A DNA stretch of 64,000 bases from Phallusia mammillata (taxonomy: Eukaryota), in the NCBI GenBank assembly GCA_965637545.1, contig OZ281495.1, positions 25,606,001 through 25,670,000 on the forward strand. Direction: 5' to 3'. Below, piece by piece: positions 22,601 to 36,305 of this stretch; the first letter of the stretch is position 1; each line of letters begins with the position of its first letter. The position numbers and the translations under genes were made by a program. The notes under the pieces were generated by a model. The model searched no databases, was not told where the DNA came from, and was given only the letters and a program-made list of their open reading frames with translations.

Positions 22601-25600
22601 CATTCCCATGTCTATCATGGTATTCTACAAAACGAGTTTTACGGATTCTACCAAAATCAACATTTCACATCACAAATCAAACCATGCAAAAACCACTCCA
22701 CTTTCAAAAATTCACTTACTCATCGACAGCTGTTCACTCTTGGCATCTGGATCCGGACTCTTCGAGTCAGAAACATCCAAAGCGTTGGAACCGTTCAGCG
22801 ATTCTCTCTCGGCAGCCTCTTCGGATCCTGGCAGCACTCGTGTTGATGAAGACCTCTTAACTGCTCCTCGCATTATCTTCTTCCCTTTTATGCGCATCGT
22901 CTTGAATCGACTCTTTGACTTTTTGTGACCGTCGCGTTTTCTTCGTTTCGGCGAACTCTCCCTAGGTGGCGCCTCATGCTCGTTTGTTGTGCTAATGGTG
23001 TCGAGGTCCTCTAAACTTATGTCCAATGTCTCTAGAGCCTCAGTTACGTCGTTGTCCAGGGCCGGTTTTCCGGGTGGGGGTTCTGTTACCGAGGGAAGGA
23101 ACTCGAGAGGGGGTTTCTCCTGCGTGGGAATGTCCAGGCTGGTCATATCGTTGATGAGATTGTCGATGTCGCTTTCGAATCCACGCTCAAGGAATTCCTT
23201 CCAGAATGTTTCGCTCTCGACGTGCGAATCCGAGCCCCCGTCGTTCTGTAATTCACACAAACATTTTATACAATTACCCTGGCTTCGCTATAGTGAAACA
23301 CACATTTGTAAATTCTTGTCAAGGCTAGAGTTTTTGTGCCATTATGAAATACAGATCCCAACTATAGATAAAAAGTGTTGACCGCCGTGTGTTACTCCTA
23401 AATATTATGTGCCTTAATTCTAATGTTGAGCATGTCGTACCTTCAAGGAGCTTTAAAAATGACTGCGAATTAAGAAAGTACTTTGAACCAAAATCTTGTC
23501 CAATTGTCTTAGTCGAAATGTGTTCCCGAAATTTTTGAAACTTATTGCTCCATGTGGGCTTTGTAGGGGAACGGTAAAGGTTTACACCAACTTACATAAC
23601 TTAAATATGACCACTGAAACAAACTATTCTTCGTAGCTGTTGTTTATCCCTAATTAAACTGTTTGTTGCTAAAAGCACTGAGTGAACAGACTTACACTTG
23701 TGTTTCCCTGCGTCTCGCTCAGAGAAGCTTCGTGATTGGCTAGAATCTGTGACGTGCGCTGACTTTTGCTCACGTGATTATCGGTCGGCTCCGAGTAGTC
23801 TTCGATCAGCCCGCTGTCACGTGGATCGCTCACTCTGTGTTTCTGACGCTGCAAATCTGCCCGAAGAAAAATATTCGTTTAGTTCACAAATCGGTACAAA
23901 AAGTAAAACATGTTTGCGAACCACAGAATTTTGCATCATAAGGTGAAATTGGTTAGCGAAATATGATATTTGGACACAAAAATAAAGTTTTTTTGGCATT
24001 AAGAAAAAAAAAGTATTATCGCAAGCTTCGTTTACTGTGGGATCTGCATTTATAGCCTTAGAAGTAAAAAAAGATTTGTATCCACTATTGAAATACCACA
24101 GAGAATTCTTGACAAGGTAGGCCGACTATTAATATTGATTAAACATAGATGTTGGTCCTCGATAAGGCAATGCTAAAAATAGCTTGTTGCTTAGGTTTTG
24201 TAAAGACTCATGGACCGAAACTACGGACTGAATTCGCCTAAATATAGTTGTAAATTTCCGCGAACTTACAATTCTTTCTGGCCGATGTGAAACTACCGCT
24301 TCTTCTTTTCTCGACTAGGAAGTCTTTGGCAGTGGTTCGGACAATTTGGTACAAAAATTCCGGCAATTGTTTGTTCTCATACGCCTTTACAGTGGTCTGT
24401 AGAAACAAAAGGGTTCTGTTGCAAAATTGTCCTTGTATTGTTTTGCTAGAAGGCGAGTTTCGATGGATTTAAACCGAAAATTTGCTATTAAAACTAAGTA
24501 CAGTAAATATAATTGCCGAAATTTCTCATTAAAGCTCGGAATCTTTTTTTCTTAAAGTGTTATGTTAGTATTTTTTGGTACACATAATTTTGCTTTAAAG
24601 GTAAACTAACGCATATCAAATTTAGTTTGGTGTCGAAAACCGTTTCTTGAAATGTCATTGAAAACAAATTGACTGCAAGGAAAAAATGTTTTTGGTTGCA
24701 ACGTCTTACTGGAGCGTGTCGCATTTCGCTCGCCGCGTGTCGCTCATAGCTTGGCGCGACAGACTCGCAGCGGGCCACGGCGCTTCTTATGGACGTACAA
24801 GAAGTGGTCCGGCTCAGATAGGACCGGTTACGGGGAGGGTTGACTACAGCACCTCCCTGGTAACCTTGCAGTGAGCCAGTGGATTGGGATGAACGAATCG
24901 TCTGATCAAGAACTATACTCGAAGGTCGGCTGTCATCTTCACCTTGTTGTGTGTTGTTTGTTTCAAACGTTTTTGGGTCTTAAAACAATTCGAATCTAAT
25001 TAAGTGTTGTCTTGCTTGTAAATATTATCAAAGCCTACATAAAACACAAGTCGGCCAACTCATTGTTGCGCGATAAAGCCAAATAACACTACCGGTATAT
25101 TGAGATTTAACGCAAATTTGCTCGGCCAAATTGAAAAAACTTTTGGGTTCTAACAAATTGGCCAAATTAATTCTCGTTCTCTCCTGTTTGTTAACGTCGG
25201 ACAACATATGCGTTTTTCCCTATGTTTTACTAAAAAAATAAATTGAATTTTGCATTGTTAACGGTTTCACTAAAAGTCAATGCAAAATCGGCTTTCAAAA
25301 CTTTATCTCGGGTGTAAGGCTTTGAGACTCACCTGCTTCTTCCACGAGTTTGTTGGACAAAGCTTCCAGCTGCTGACGTAGGAACTCCTGTGCCGAGATG
25401 TGCGTTTCCATGGTGATCGACTGCTCCATGACATTCAGCGCTTCGGTACACACTGTGCTAAGATTGGCTGCTGGGCACGCCTGAAACATCAATCAGTGTC
25501 ATGGTACAATGTTCAATTATCTGGCCCGTTTACGCATTGGCCCAGAGACGTGGTTCACGCCAAGAAACGAAATTCGCCTTTACTCCAATTTACAGATTTT

Positions 25601-28600
25601 CGCAGTAAAGCGCCTTTTGTCGATAAACAACATGAATTGGCATTTTCACTCGCACGCCATGTGAACGCAAAAAACAGCGACTGCTGCCGTTTCCTCGTAT
25701 TGCAAAATGCCCAACCGACCGGGACAGACAACATGCGCACTGTGACGCACCGGTCACGTGGCCAAAAGGAAACGCCGGATTTGAGGGGGAGACTAGCGGC
25801 ACCGCAAATTGTTACGTTAAGGAGCGCTAAAAGTTATTTAAATGTTTTTCTAGTAAACTATACCACAGGGCAATAATAACAAACAAAGATGCTACATCAT
25901 ATAGGCATTTGCACAGCAAAAAGCAAACAAACATATCTACAGAGTAAGAGATAAAAACAGACGCACAGAACGTTAAACAACAGAAGCGCATACCTTAACC
26001 ACAATGCAATACAATATTGTTCATCCACATTCCTTATTTATTTTTTGTTGCAGCACGTTAACTGTGTTTTTCTGCCACGATAGGACTTCCATATTATTAA
26101 TGTTGCCGTATTCAAATCGTATCACGTGCTTTTATACAGTATTGGACACACATACCTTTAAGGCAGCCTGCAGAGCTTTGAGATCGCAACTTTCGGGCCC
26201 AAACACAGAGTGGAACATGTGCTCAATTAACACGCGGTGATATTTCGAACTCCGCTTTCTCGAATGCCTCTGATAGTGAGACGAGATTCGTTCAAATACA
26301 GAAGTCAGTTGGTCAGTCTGCTCCAATTCAGGGTCAATAAGGATATTCACAGCACTGCTTCTGGAGAAAAAATATACTGTTAACAAAGTGGTAGATCATA
26401 TCCCACCACAGGTTTAACTTATTGAGCCCATTTTTCGGTCTAGGGTATACGTTTTGGTTCTTCAACTAAATATCAGAAAATGCCTAAACTAAATTTGTTT
26501 ACAGCCTGTTTAGCAATTTTTTGTATTTTTTAAACTAGGATTTTTTTCCGGTTTTACATTTTTACAAATGTCAGTTTTTACCAATAAACTTACGGAGTGT
26601 AGACGTCTGAGTCACGTGACACATCGTGGATATCTTGCTCCTGGCAATAGATCATGCGACTGAAGTAACCTGCGAATGTACACATAATAAAAGTTGAAAA
26701 ACTGGAAACGCGATCACGTAGCACCTCTGTATTCATAATACAACTATTAAGATCCACTGCTGCAATGTGTACAAACATGAAAAATGATTCACGTATTGTT
26801 ACATTTTAAGTAAGTTTAAAATAGACAGTCATGTGTGTAAAGTAATGTCAACTCACACCCAAAAAAACACCTTACGTGTGCTAAAGCGGTGGTAACTGAA
26901 TTCAAGCACGGTCGGTGTGTAATGTATCAGGCCTAATTTGGTGCTGCAGCACGTTCGCTTACGGATTTTGCCAAGCCGTTGAGCCAGCAAAACAATTCGT
27001 GTTACTTACTCTCACCCGGAAGGACAGGCCTTATGAACGTCGGGTGCATGCATTTAGGCTTGGTGTAACAGACAACCGTTTAACAGTGTTGTTGAACGAT
27101 GTTTTGGCCGTTATTCCAGCGAGGCGGTTTAATGAGCAGGATAATCGCGTTAGGAAGAAATTGGCTGCCAAACAGTTTTGTCATTTGCGACTAATTTGTT
27201 AGATTGGGACGACCTTTTCCCCATTAGCCTGGCCATTAAACACTGTCGTTGATTCAGCATCAAATTAAAGTGCAAGTTATTTAAGGGCAAATTGTTTTAG
27301 CCAAAATAGTGTAAGTTCTTTCTGTGCGATAACAGTGGTGTTAGTTGTATAATGCAAAAGTGTAAATGTAATGCCATACATGGGGTAGAAAATATAGCTT
27401 GACAACCACTTGGGCTTATAAACATATAAACAAACCTACACATTTCGTACGTTCTAACATTTTATTATTTTGCACTGATGACCACAAAGACATTTTTTAC
27501 CAATATGAGCTGTTAGCTGTGATCAAACTTATGTAGTGGTGAACGCTTAGGTATGGGCAAAAATGGCAAGTCTTTACCTGGCGATTTCATTTCTGTTTGT
27601 ATTAAGTCGAGAACTTCTTTCACAGCTGATGAAACCGGTTTGGCCCAAAGATAAAACATCTGCAGTGATGCGTAAACTTTCTCGAGGCACTCAAGCGGAA
27701 CGAATGGAACCTGCGAAAGAATAAAAGACAGTTCATTTCAAAACCAACTAAAACAGGAAAAAATCAAAACTGTTTGTCTCTGTAGTTCTGATTTATACTT
27801 AAATGAAGTCAAGTGAGGGCACAGCTGACAAACTGCAATTGAATGGGTCAAATCCGGTTGAATTAATGTTGTTTGTTTTCGACAAACTGATATGACCTGC
27901 CTTTTCAACTTTTTGGCAAACGTTTTAATTGGCATTGTAAGGATCAGACGTTTAATTGCAGATTGCTGGCCGTAGCAGGTCGTTGATAGTTGTTTTTACA
28001 AGATGTGCTGATTTGGATACAGGAAAAAAAATTGTGTAGTTTGAACACAAACTAGTTGTAAGTTAGCTTGAAAAGACCCCGGCCGAACCCGTTTAAATAA
28101 ACAAAGCTTGACCCATAAGTTGATGAAATTGCGAAATAAGCAAGGCCAAGTGTAAAGTCATGACCGAATTAAACCGTTACATTAAAACCCAACCCCGAAC
28201 TTGCCAGAAACGCCCGGTCCAAACAACTGTGGTTTTAAGAGATAAGGAAAATATATATAGCTGCCTGAAGTCTCACCGTTATGATTGTGTCGCAAATGAT
28301 GTGAAGTAGAGGCAAAACCTTCTGTTCCTCAGCAAGTTCATACACCTGGAAAACGCACAATTAGCGGTGTTTAATTGCAAAGCTATACAAATTAGATAAA
28401 TAAATAGTCTGAAAGGTACAACTACCTATAGTTTTGGTTCAACGCATTGAATTGACACATGTAAATAGATAGGCCAGCCTTTAAACCGAATTTAAATAAT
28501 GACATAATTGCATCTCGTTATGTGTGTACATTGAAGGCTATAGCTTCCGTTTTTGCGTTGCGTGTAGCAATGTGGCTCAGAGTTGCAAGCGGGCCCAAAA

Positions 28601-31600
28601 TCTGAGCCCGAACCCGGCCCGAACCCGAAAGTATAAGCCCGAAGCCCGGCCCGAACCCGAAACGTTTTTGAGAAGCCCGTTTAGGCCCGAAATTTTGATT
28701 AACAGGCCTATCCACGAAAGCCTCGCAACAAAGTATGAGAAAGAAAAAAGAGAAAGACAAACACAATGAACAATAGTAGACAATGGCGTAAACAATATTT
28801 TTTAGAGTAGGGTGGGCATTAGGTCAAAGCCAGAGACTTGTTACTTAGCTGAGTGATTTTATTTAAAAAAATGGCGGACACGGAACGTAAAGTCAGGCCC
28901 GTTTTAAGCCCGTTTTCTCACAAATACCTAAGCCCGAACCCGGCCCGAACCCGGCCCGAACCCGAACCCGGCCCGAAAAGCCCGGCCCGACTTGCAACTC
29001 TGATGTGGCTTGTTGTGAGTAAAAAAATGAACGGAACTAATTCTAGGTCGTCCTGATCGTGTTGCCTGTCAACATAACGGCGGCGACAGACAGTGATTCA
29101 CAAAAAGGATATACAACCAGTAAAGAAACTCTGTTTTGTTTGACGGGAAGTTACTTCACACGATCTAGTGTTGCCACACGAACTGTGGTTTTATGCGAAA
29201 ACGCAAAATACCAATACATGCGTTCTTGCACAACAATACACAAAGAAACCAAAAAATTAAACCAACGTTTTGGAATTTGCATATCTGTACAATTCCTACC
29301 TTTTAGCCCGAACTGAAGCAAAAAAAATATATATATATGTCTTATGTTCACTTTGCAGACAGTTTACGTTACAATGACGCTTTGCAAAGAAACATATTTT
29401 AGTGCTATACGGGAGGTGACTTAAACGATCTGTTGTTTACTACAGAAGTAGCGAAACTATATGAAACCATGCCAGAAGTTTCCTTCCCGTAGAGGTGATT
29501 AGAAATCGATTAATCAAATCGTATTGGAAGTTTTTTAATCCTAATTAAGCGGCTGCACAGACACGGCGAGCGGGACAGACAAATAAGTTATACTTGCGCC
29601 AATGCGCTGTTGCGTCCTAAAATTTGATTATGAGAGGCTCATTAATTACACTTTTTTACGTTTTTCATGTTTTTTTCGAGCTATCGCCGTATTCTTGTCT
29701 AAAACGTCAGATCTTTTCCACCTGCCGTCATATTGAATTTACTATAGAATCTATGGATGCTTACAAAAAACTTATGAATAAACTGATAAAGTTTTGTGTC
29801 AAATTAATTAAATCGTGAATTGGCCACGTACCTTGTCAGCAGCTTCGCTCAACGCGTCCATGATAAGTTCCACGTTCCTATGGTTGTGGTCAATTTCGTG
29901 ATACAGCGCCCAATATTTCGTGCTGTCGCCCACTGCAAATGCACAAAAATGTTGGTTATTAAATGATGCCTTCTTGCCATCCAACAAAAGGTATTTCATA
30001 TAGTTTCAAGAACGTTGCCAACATGCGATAAGGAAAGATTTATTTACATGACTGTCAGAAAGAACATGGAAAAAATAACTGTTGGTTAACGGTATCAGTA
30101 TGTGTGTACAAGTCTAATGTAAAGGTCTAAGATGTGAAAAAGTCCCTTTTTAAAAAGCGTTCCAGAAGTTTCACCTTGCGTAAGAACCAAGTGCCGTGTG
30201 CAGATATTACATCACACTCGGTTTTCGGGAAAAAGTTTAGATTTTAACCACGCCCCGCAACCTGGTTAAACGCGCAAGGAAACACGCGATTGCGTAAGCA
30301 GCAAAACAACTGCACACGACCTGCACGACTAAAGGCCCTACATCCGTCGTATATTGGCTCGTAGCCCTTGTAAAGCCGATTGTGACGTCATAGGACGTGA
30401 GTTGTTGTGAGATTGAGACGCCATGACAGGTTTTGTTGCTGTAAAGAGGTTGCGCGTAATACGGCGACGTAAGTTACTAGGGGAGTTTGAAAAGTAAAGG
30501 ATGATGGGTATTTATAAGCGAGTGGACTCTGACCCCAATATATTAATTAAAACAAGAGTATCGCTGTACTACATGCAAGAACGAGATTTCTGGATTTACT
30601 TATCTCATTAGAATAATACTTTAATTTTGACGATCCTTTTTTAAAAACTTTTTGTGGGAAAAAAGTCGTACAAAATGTTTTTTTTGTCATTTTAATGTTA
30701 TTTCGTTGCAATGGAATACAGTCAGAACTACATAAAAATCAAATTGGCATGTTTTTTTAAAAATCACATTTCAAAAAGATAAAGTGTCCACAAAATCAAA
30801 TTGTGTTGTGTGGAAATACATCGAACTGGAATAAATCGATAAAAAGTAAGTTTTTGTACCTTTCTTATCATCGAGTGTTTTGCCGTTTGTTTGCTGACCA
30901 GTTGAGTTGAGGTAAATCGAAAGAATATCGGAAAACGTTCGTTTCCACTTTTCTTTGTCAGTTGATTCGTCCGGAGGTTTCGACAAACGTTTCATGACCT
31001 AGTTTTAATAATTTGCAAACGTTGCTTAAAAATGTGTGTCTAAAAATTATAACTTGAGTGATCAAAATATCATATTTTTTTGCTACTGAACAGAAATAAC
31101 GGTTTAACGTTTGTTTGTTTGATGTTTAATTTTCAGTTTAATTACCATAAATGATAAGATTGCCACGATAAGTAAAAAAATAGACTTCAAATTTCTTATG
31201 CTATAGCCAAGATGTCGAACATAGTCTATTGTTTTGTTTTTTTTAAAAAAAAGGTGGGGTCAGTACGTTGTGTTTGTTGGACAAAACTAGCAATCAAGCA
31301 ACATGTCCTTGTTATTTTACATCAACAATTATTCTAACACTCTTTCAGGGAAAAAACTAATGTAAACGTGCAGCAATATAAGAAAAAGTAAACTTCGGAT
31401 ATAACGACTCACCGTCGATTCAAAACTGGTGGGATTTTGTTCCCAACCGCGTGCTGCAAAATAAAAACGCCCAGCGCGTTAAATTTAATGTGAGTCACCT
31501 CACTAGGCATGAAACTTTCGAAACAGAATGCAAATTTTCACTTCTATTTTAAGTAACTGGGGGTGGAACACAACCCTGGTCATGTGCACTGTAATTTGTA

Positions 31601-34600
31601 GTTTCAAGAAATTTTTCTTTTTGTATTTTTAATTCACGACCCACATTTTTTGACTTTAGACATTTGATTACAGCTAGAACAGGGCATTTTTGTTACAAGC
31701 TGATATGATTTATCACTGCCAAATAGTATTACATGCATTTCACGCAAAAAATAAAATTAAAATGATGAAATTCCAAGTTTAGTTGAAATGCGACACGCGT
31801 GAATTCTTTAATTTACAACTGTTAGTAAGTAGGATTTTTATTTCAGTACAATTACAATGCAAAGGGGACGTAGTATACTTTAGAACATAATATTTGCTTC
31901 AAAAATTCACCTTTGTTCCAAATGAGAAAGACTTCTCGAAGGTTGCTAAAATCCCATGAGCGCACGTCAGTAGTCTCCAGCACGAAAGACAGGGTATACA
32001 TAATATCCCTCAACTTCTTTATCACTACACGATCCTCGTCTGCAAATGGTTGCAAGAGACAATCAAAGCACAAAAATAAATTCGGTATTTTGGGGCAGTT
32101 TTGTTCACTGAAAAGAATAATTTATCTACAAAACATTTTCGGTGAAAATTCTGGAAGTTTTATTTTAAACTAAGATTCGTTACATGATTTCTGCTCTTCG
32201 TCATCCTTAAATTTTATCTGCACCTAAAAGTGTGCTACACAGTGCACGTTTATATGCAGAAAGCAAGTAATATATAAAATTTTAGTTTTAACAAACGTTA
32301 CAGTTTGTTCACTAAGTGAAATTCGCTTTAGTTGATTAATTAACGCCGTCTTCAAAATAACTTACCTGATTCTAGCAAAGATCTTGACATGCTGTCCACA
32401 ACGTCGCTAGGTTTGCGTTTAATTCGTTCGTGGGATCCGTGGTCAGCAGAAGACCGGCCAGCAGCCGCGGACGCCTTGGACTCAATACTGGGCCTCCGGT
32501 TCGGCACCGTATTCGACCTGGAGCGCTTGGGCGGTGAAACTCCCAGCATGAGAGAAGCATGGCGTGGCACTGTGGCCTTCCCGGGACTTGAACCCTGCGC
32601 CGTAATATCAACTGACTGGCGAGTTGCGTTTTGACCAGGGAAGGTGGAGACGTTCTTGATCATACGAATTGCCTCGCGCAGCGGCTTGTGACCTGTTGAA
32701 AACGCAATGCATCAAACAACACTAACAAAGTTGAAAAATAGGAAGCATTTGTGTTTCTATTTCGGGTATTTTGAAAAGTAGATTCTACCCTCTTAAAAAG
32801 AAGACCGAATGCGCAGGTGCTTCTAAAGGTAAAACTCAGCCTTAGAGTATACTATCTATTAATAGGATTTTAGAGTTCCAAAAAACGGTTACTGAAAAGA
32901 ATACCAGCAAAGGCGTTGAATGTTCAACAAAATATAGAATATCATTTCCAAAATTAGTTTTACGGAGAAACATATTTTTAATAACGTAGCACATTTTAAG
33001 CGAATTGCATTGAAAAAAGAAAAAAAAGAATAGTTGGCCAACAGGTCAAGTGATTGAGGCTTTAAACCAGGGTTATTCAACGGGGGCGATTTCGTCTACC
33101 GAGGGGGCGATGGTGACAATTTTGGAAGTTGGGGGGCGATTTTACTTCAAAGGGGGGCGATTTCAACATTACTGATTGTTTTAATATGTACAAGAACTGT
33201 GAGACTCAGCTAACTTTATCTTACAAGCAGATATATTTCGTGTTGCTAACAAACACCAGGGATAAGGGACGCATCAGCTTAAACATGTTGCTATTTGAAT
33301 ACATTGTGTTTACTGGTGAATTTTTGTACTTTTTGTGATCTCGTGAGCAAGGTTGGGCATTTAATTTGCCACAGGGGACACTTTATTGCGGCTATGTATG
33401 GTGACGGGCCATACTTTTTTGATACAACGGTAATGAGCTTTACCTCAAACTTGTTACGCTTTCACACTTCCCAAACTGCGAAGTATTTGTATCATTTGGA
33501 CTTCTGCTCCACAGAGTACTACCCCATTGTTTTCAACAAAAGAAGGCGATTATTGGCGCATAATCGTAATATTGTTTTGTCTATGATGTAATAAATTTTA
33601 ACAAATCTTAGATGCGTTACTTAAAAGAAGTGCGTGAAATGGACCTTGCGTGTTGTAGTAGCAATTAAATTAGGTGTTAGCTGTTAACTGAAGCTTTCGT
33701 GTTGCTGGCTGAATCTAACCGCCCACGTCTGCTCAAAAAGCAGAACTTTTATACAAATAACAATCTCATAGGGGGGTGATTTGGAGACAGTGCCTTAATA
33801 AGGGGGCGATTAAGCCAAAAAGGTTGAAGACCCCTGCTTTAAACCAAGCTGAGCCCAAAGGAATCGTCCCAATAGGTGTTTCTAAACGAATCCTTTGTTG
33901 CAAATGCAAATAAACTTATTAATGAAACTCCAAAATGCTGTAATTATATATTTAACTTATATTTGAATATAATACCAAAATATCACCAAAAGAGCATATT
34001 CGGTCTTAATGTTTTGGCCTAACAGAAGCGTAAGTATATACATGTACATATTACTATTTACGGCAATCGTATACTAAAAGTGACTTAGAGTCACCTGTTC
34101 AACTCAAGTAAATGCGATGAAAACCGATTCATAAAACACGAATCACGACTGTCACACGACATGAATGACAAACTATCACTACTGCTCGTGACGACTAGGC
34201 GGAGATTCTGTGTCGCAAAACACAGCAATCAATCAAACATCGGGGATTGTACATTCATTCGGACTTTGAGCGTAAATGTAAATCCATATTTTTGGCCCTT
34301 AGCCGATAACGGCCACATGCGTTGTATGAATGATCTGGGAACATTTCACGAACGTTTAAACTTAAATTGAGTGCAAATTGCAAACCGGCTGTGCAAAGCG
34401 CTTCTACAGCAGCAAACTCGCGGCAGAGGTCAATTCAAGGTGACAGTTTATCACGTTATACAGTAACGGTAAATGTTATTAGACATGGCAGGGTATTTAC
34501 TCTATTGTACCACAAGGTTATGTGCTTTAATAAAAACAAAAAACGTATCTCTTATGCAAAAATTGCTGGCATCAAGCAACACCTTGGCCAACTAGTACAC

Positions 34601-35643
34601 AATTTAATGCCCACATCCTCTATATTTGTCTTGCTTCATTGATTTTGTTTTAAAAGCTTTAAAACCAGCGGGAAACTGATTAGTAAAATGAATATAGGGT
34701 ATAAAATGTAAATTTAAGTCTGATTCTTATGACTTACCAAACCCAAGGGTGTAGGAGATGTATTTGAATACCAGGCATTGCACGTATCTGTAATGTAAAC
34801 GCAAGCATTAGTTGAAAATAGTAGCAACTTCCGCAAACAAATATATTTTGGTTCAAAACGTTACTTTTTGAGGCATCATTGAGACCATGCATAAATAAAC
34901 CGCGCCGAGTAGTTTGTAATCGCAAGAAAATGTTTCGCAACGACTAACGATACTCATACCACGAAAATTGATTTAGAACCTAAATCGAGACTAGATGGTT
35001 AGTTATTGCATAATCCAGTGATGGGATTGGTTATAAAATTATCGGACCATCATCAGACACTTCCCCAAGCCTAATCACTTTCGTTATTGAGTATGATTCA
35101 CGCTTTCGTTTATCTTAGGTCACAACAACAATGAAAAACAACAACAGGAACAGAGTGAGCAACAGCAGCTAAAAGCACAATAACAGACAACACATGAGCC
35201 GTTTTTCTCCTTCCTAGCATGACATGCCATAATATTTAAGGAAGACAAATTAGCAAAACAATAAAGGAAGACGTCTTTGCGTTTGGGAACTCAAAGGCTG
35301 ATGTTTACAGGGCGCATTGCCAGGCAAAGCATGCAAAACGAATTCAGGTTTAAACAAATGATTTTCAGGTTGAAACAACTATTTTTAAACGACTAAAACT
35401 CTTTACACATTGAACGTTACCAGGTCGGATATGTCACTTCAACGCAACTTTTTGTTGGACAGAAACAAAAAACAGAATGCAATAAGAAATAGTTGTAAAT
35501 TGCAAAACGTTAACTTACATTTGCTGTGCTTCGCTGTGTGCGTGAACTTGCTTCCAAAACTGACTCGGTGCGGAGGCTTGGTCATCGGACACAAAGTTGT
35601 CGACGATATCACAAACGTAATCCCAGTCGCAGAGGACCGACAT
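16624..35643 (-). CDS. PIK3R5: PI3K class IB regulatory subunit (p101/PIK3R5-, p84/PIK3R6-like), 28 exons, ~1340 aa
   Basis: Phase-consistent exons: 35643-35519, 34787-34738, 32692-32366, 32039-31911, 31453-31413, 30998-30860, 29932-29832, 27710-27578, 26669-26594, 26360-26156, 25480-25333, 24942-24710, 23848-23696, 23245-22720, 21756-21391, 20888-20765, 20362-20231, 19983-19877, 19800-19688, 19545-19468, 19322-19254, 19194-19098, 18733-18657, 18580-18478, 17712-17655, 17331-17295, 17252-17113, 16759-16624. Motifs recalled from p101: LW.KP...EVLDLIQTEMKSPG (TWPVPY...AELKAPG); FVGNDKTVSNLARAYYELR (FGSDRISGKVARAYSNLR); MFYVPV (FFYVPV); LGSVDPWY (LGMLDPWY); EVSRC...LPLKTF (EVSPC...LPIMTF). p101 versus p84 orthology is not resolved. 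Confidence 0.88.
17937..18110 (+). mobile_element. Family 1 SINE-like copy followed by a 5'-truncated second unit (intronic)
   Basis: AATGGTCCGGCGCGCCTGACC...GGGTTCGAACCCCGTGAAAA is flanked by the direct repeat AAAAAGCCCA; a second unit TGACCCACATACAGACAT...GGGTTCGAACCCCGTGAAA follows at 18035-18110. Confidence 0.75.
28578..29002. mobile_element. Non-autonomous hAT element with CCCGAA subterminal repeats (intronic); family shared with 54456-54789
   Basis: TIRs CAGAGTTGCAAG / CTTGCAACTCTG; 8-bp TSD ATGTGGCT; many CCCGAACCCGG repeats. Confidence 0.9.
33068..33836. mobile_element. Non-autonomous hAT element (intronic)
   Basis: Imperfect TIRs CAGGGTTATTCAAC / GTTGAAGACCCCTG; 8-bp TSD CTTTAAAC; GGGGGCGAT subterminal repeats. 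Confidence 0.87.
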
Positions 35644-36069
35644 GCCGAAATACAACACTCCTTTCTCTCGTAGGTGACAGCGTTAGAACGAGACAGCAGT
35701 TCAAGCTAACTTTCCTAGCAAGCAAAACTGAAAAAAAGTTATAAGTGAATAGAACGCCTTCCGCTTTTGCTGCTAGGACCACTATACATAGGCCTTCGTG
35801 AGTAAGGAAAAGCATGGCAAGGACTTTAAAGTTGTCTTTCTTTCCTTTTCTCTCTGTTTTCCCTTTTTCAACTAGCCGCTACGTCATTTCCGGCGCATGA
35901 CAGCGGGTGCTGGTTACGTAGTGTGTTGTTCCGCATCTCGAAAACACCGCACGCCATAGTAAACAGACCAAACCGGCGGCACAAAGCCACAAAACACCTG
36001 AATGGTGCTACCCAAAATAATTCTTTAACGTTGATTTTACATTTCGAAATGCAAAACCAGTATATATAC

Positions 36070-36305
36070 CAGGGGTGGGCAACCTTTGTTAGAGTGGGGT
36101 CAAATACAACTGTCAAAATTAGATCGAGGGTCGCACCCGCACCTGTGCATAACACAAGGTGTTTCTTTGTTGCTTACCAAATATGCTTAACTACAAGTAA
36201 AATTTGCATTAGATTCTAGCCACAAATTTGCCAGGTCTCTGCGGGCAGCACCATCTTCAATCAAGGGCCGCATTAGGCCGATGGGACGCAGGTTGTCAAC
36301 CCCTG
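36070..36305. mobile_element. Short hAT MITE
   Basis: TIRs CAGGGGTGGGCAACC / GGTTGTCAACCCCTG; TSD ATATATAC / ATATAAAC (1 mismatch). Confidence 0.8.

Noticed and set aside
22502-23381. Overlapping + strand ORFs of 114-134 aa
   Set aside because: Antisense to the large low-complexity p101-like exon 23245-22720; no independent coding signal.
25400-25876. 158-aa + strand ORF
   Set aside because: Partly antisense to a p101-like exon and otherwise in a GC-rich intron patch where stops are rarer; no homology recognised.
26915-27202. 95-aa + strand ORF, or an extra p101-like exon on the - strand
   Set aside because: The flanking exons already join in phase (SPG/YFSRM). The - strand frames hit stops before a usable donor, and the + ORF has no recognisable features.
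28600-29000. CRISPR-like or satellite array from CCCGAACCCGG repeats
   Set aside because: Irregular spacing with no spacer structure; these are subterminal repeats of a TIR/TSD-bounded hAT element in a eukaryotic intron.
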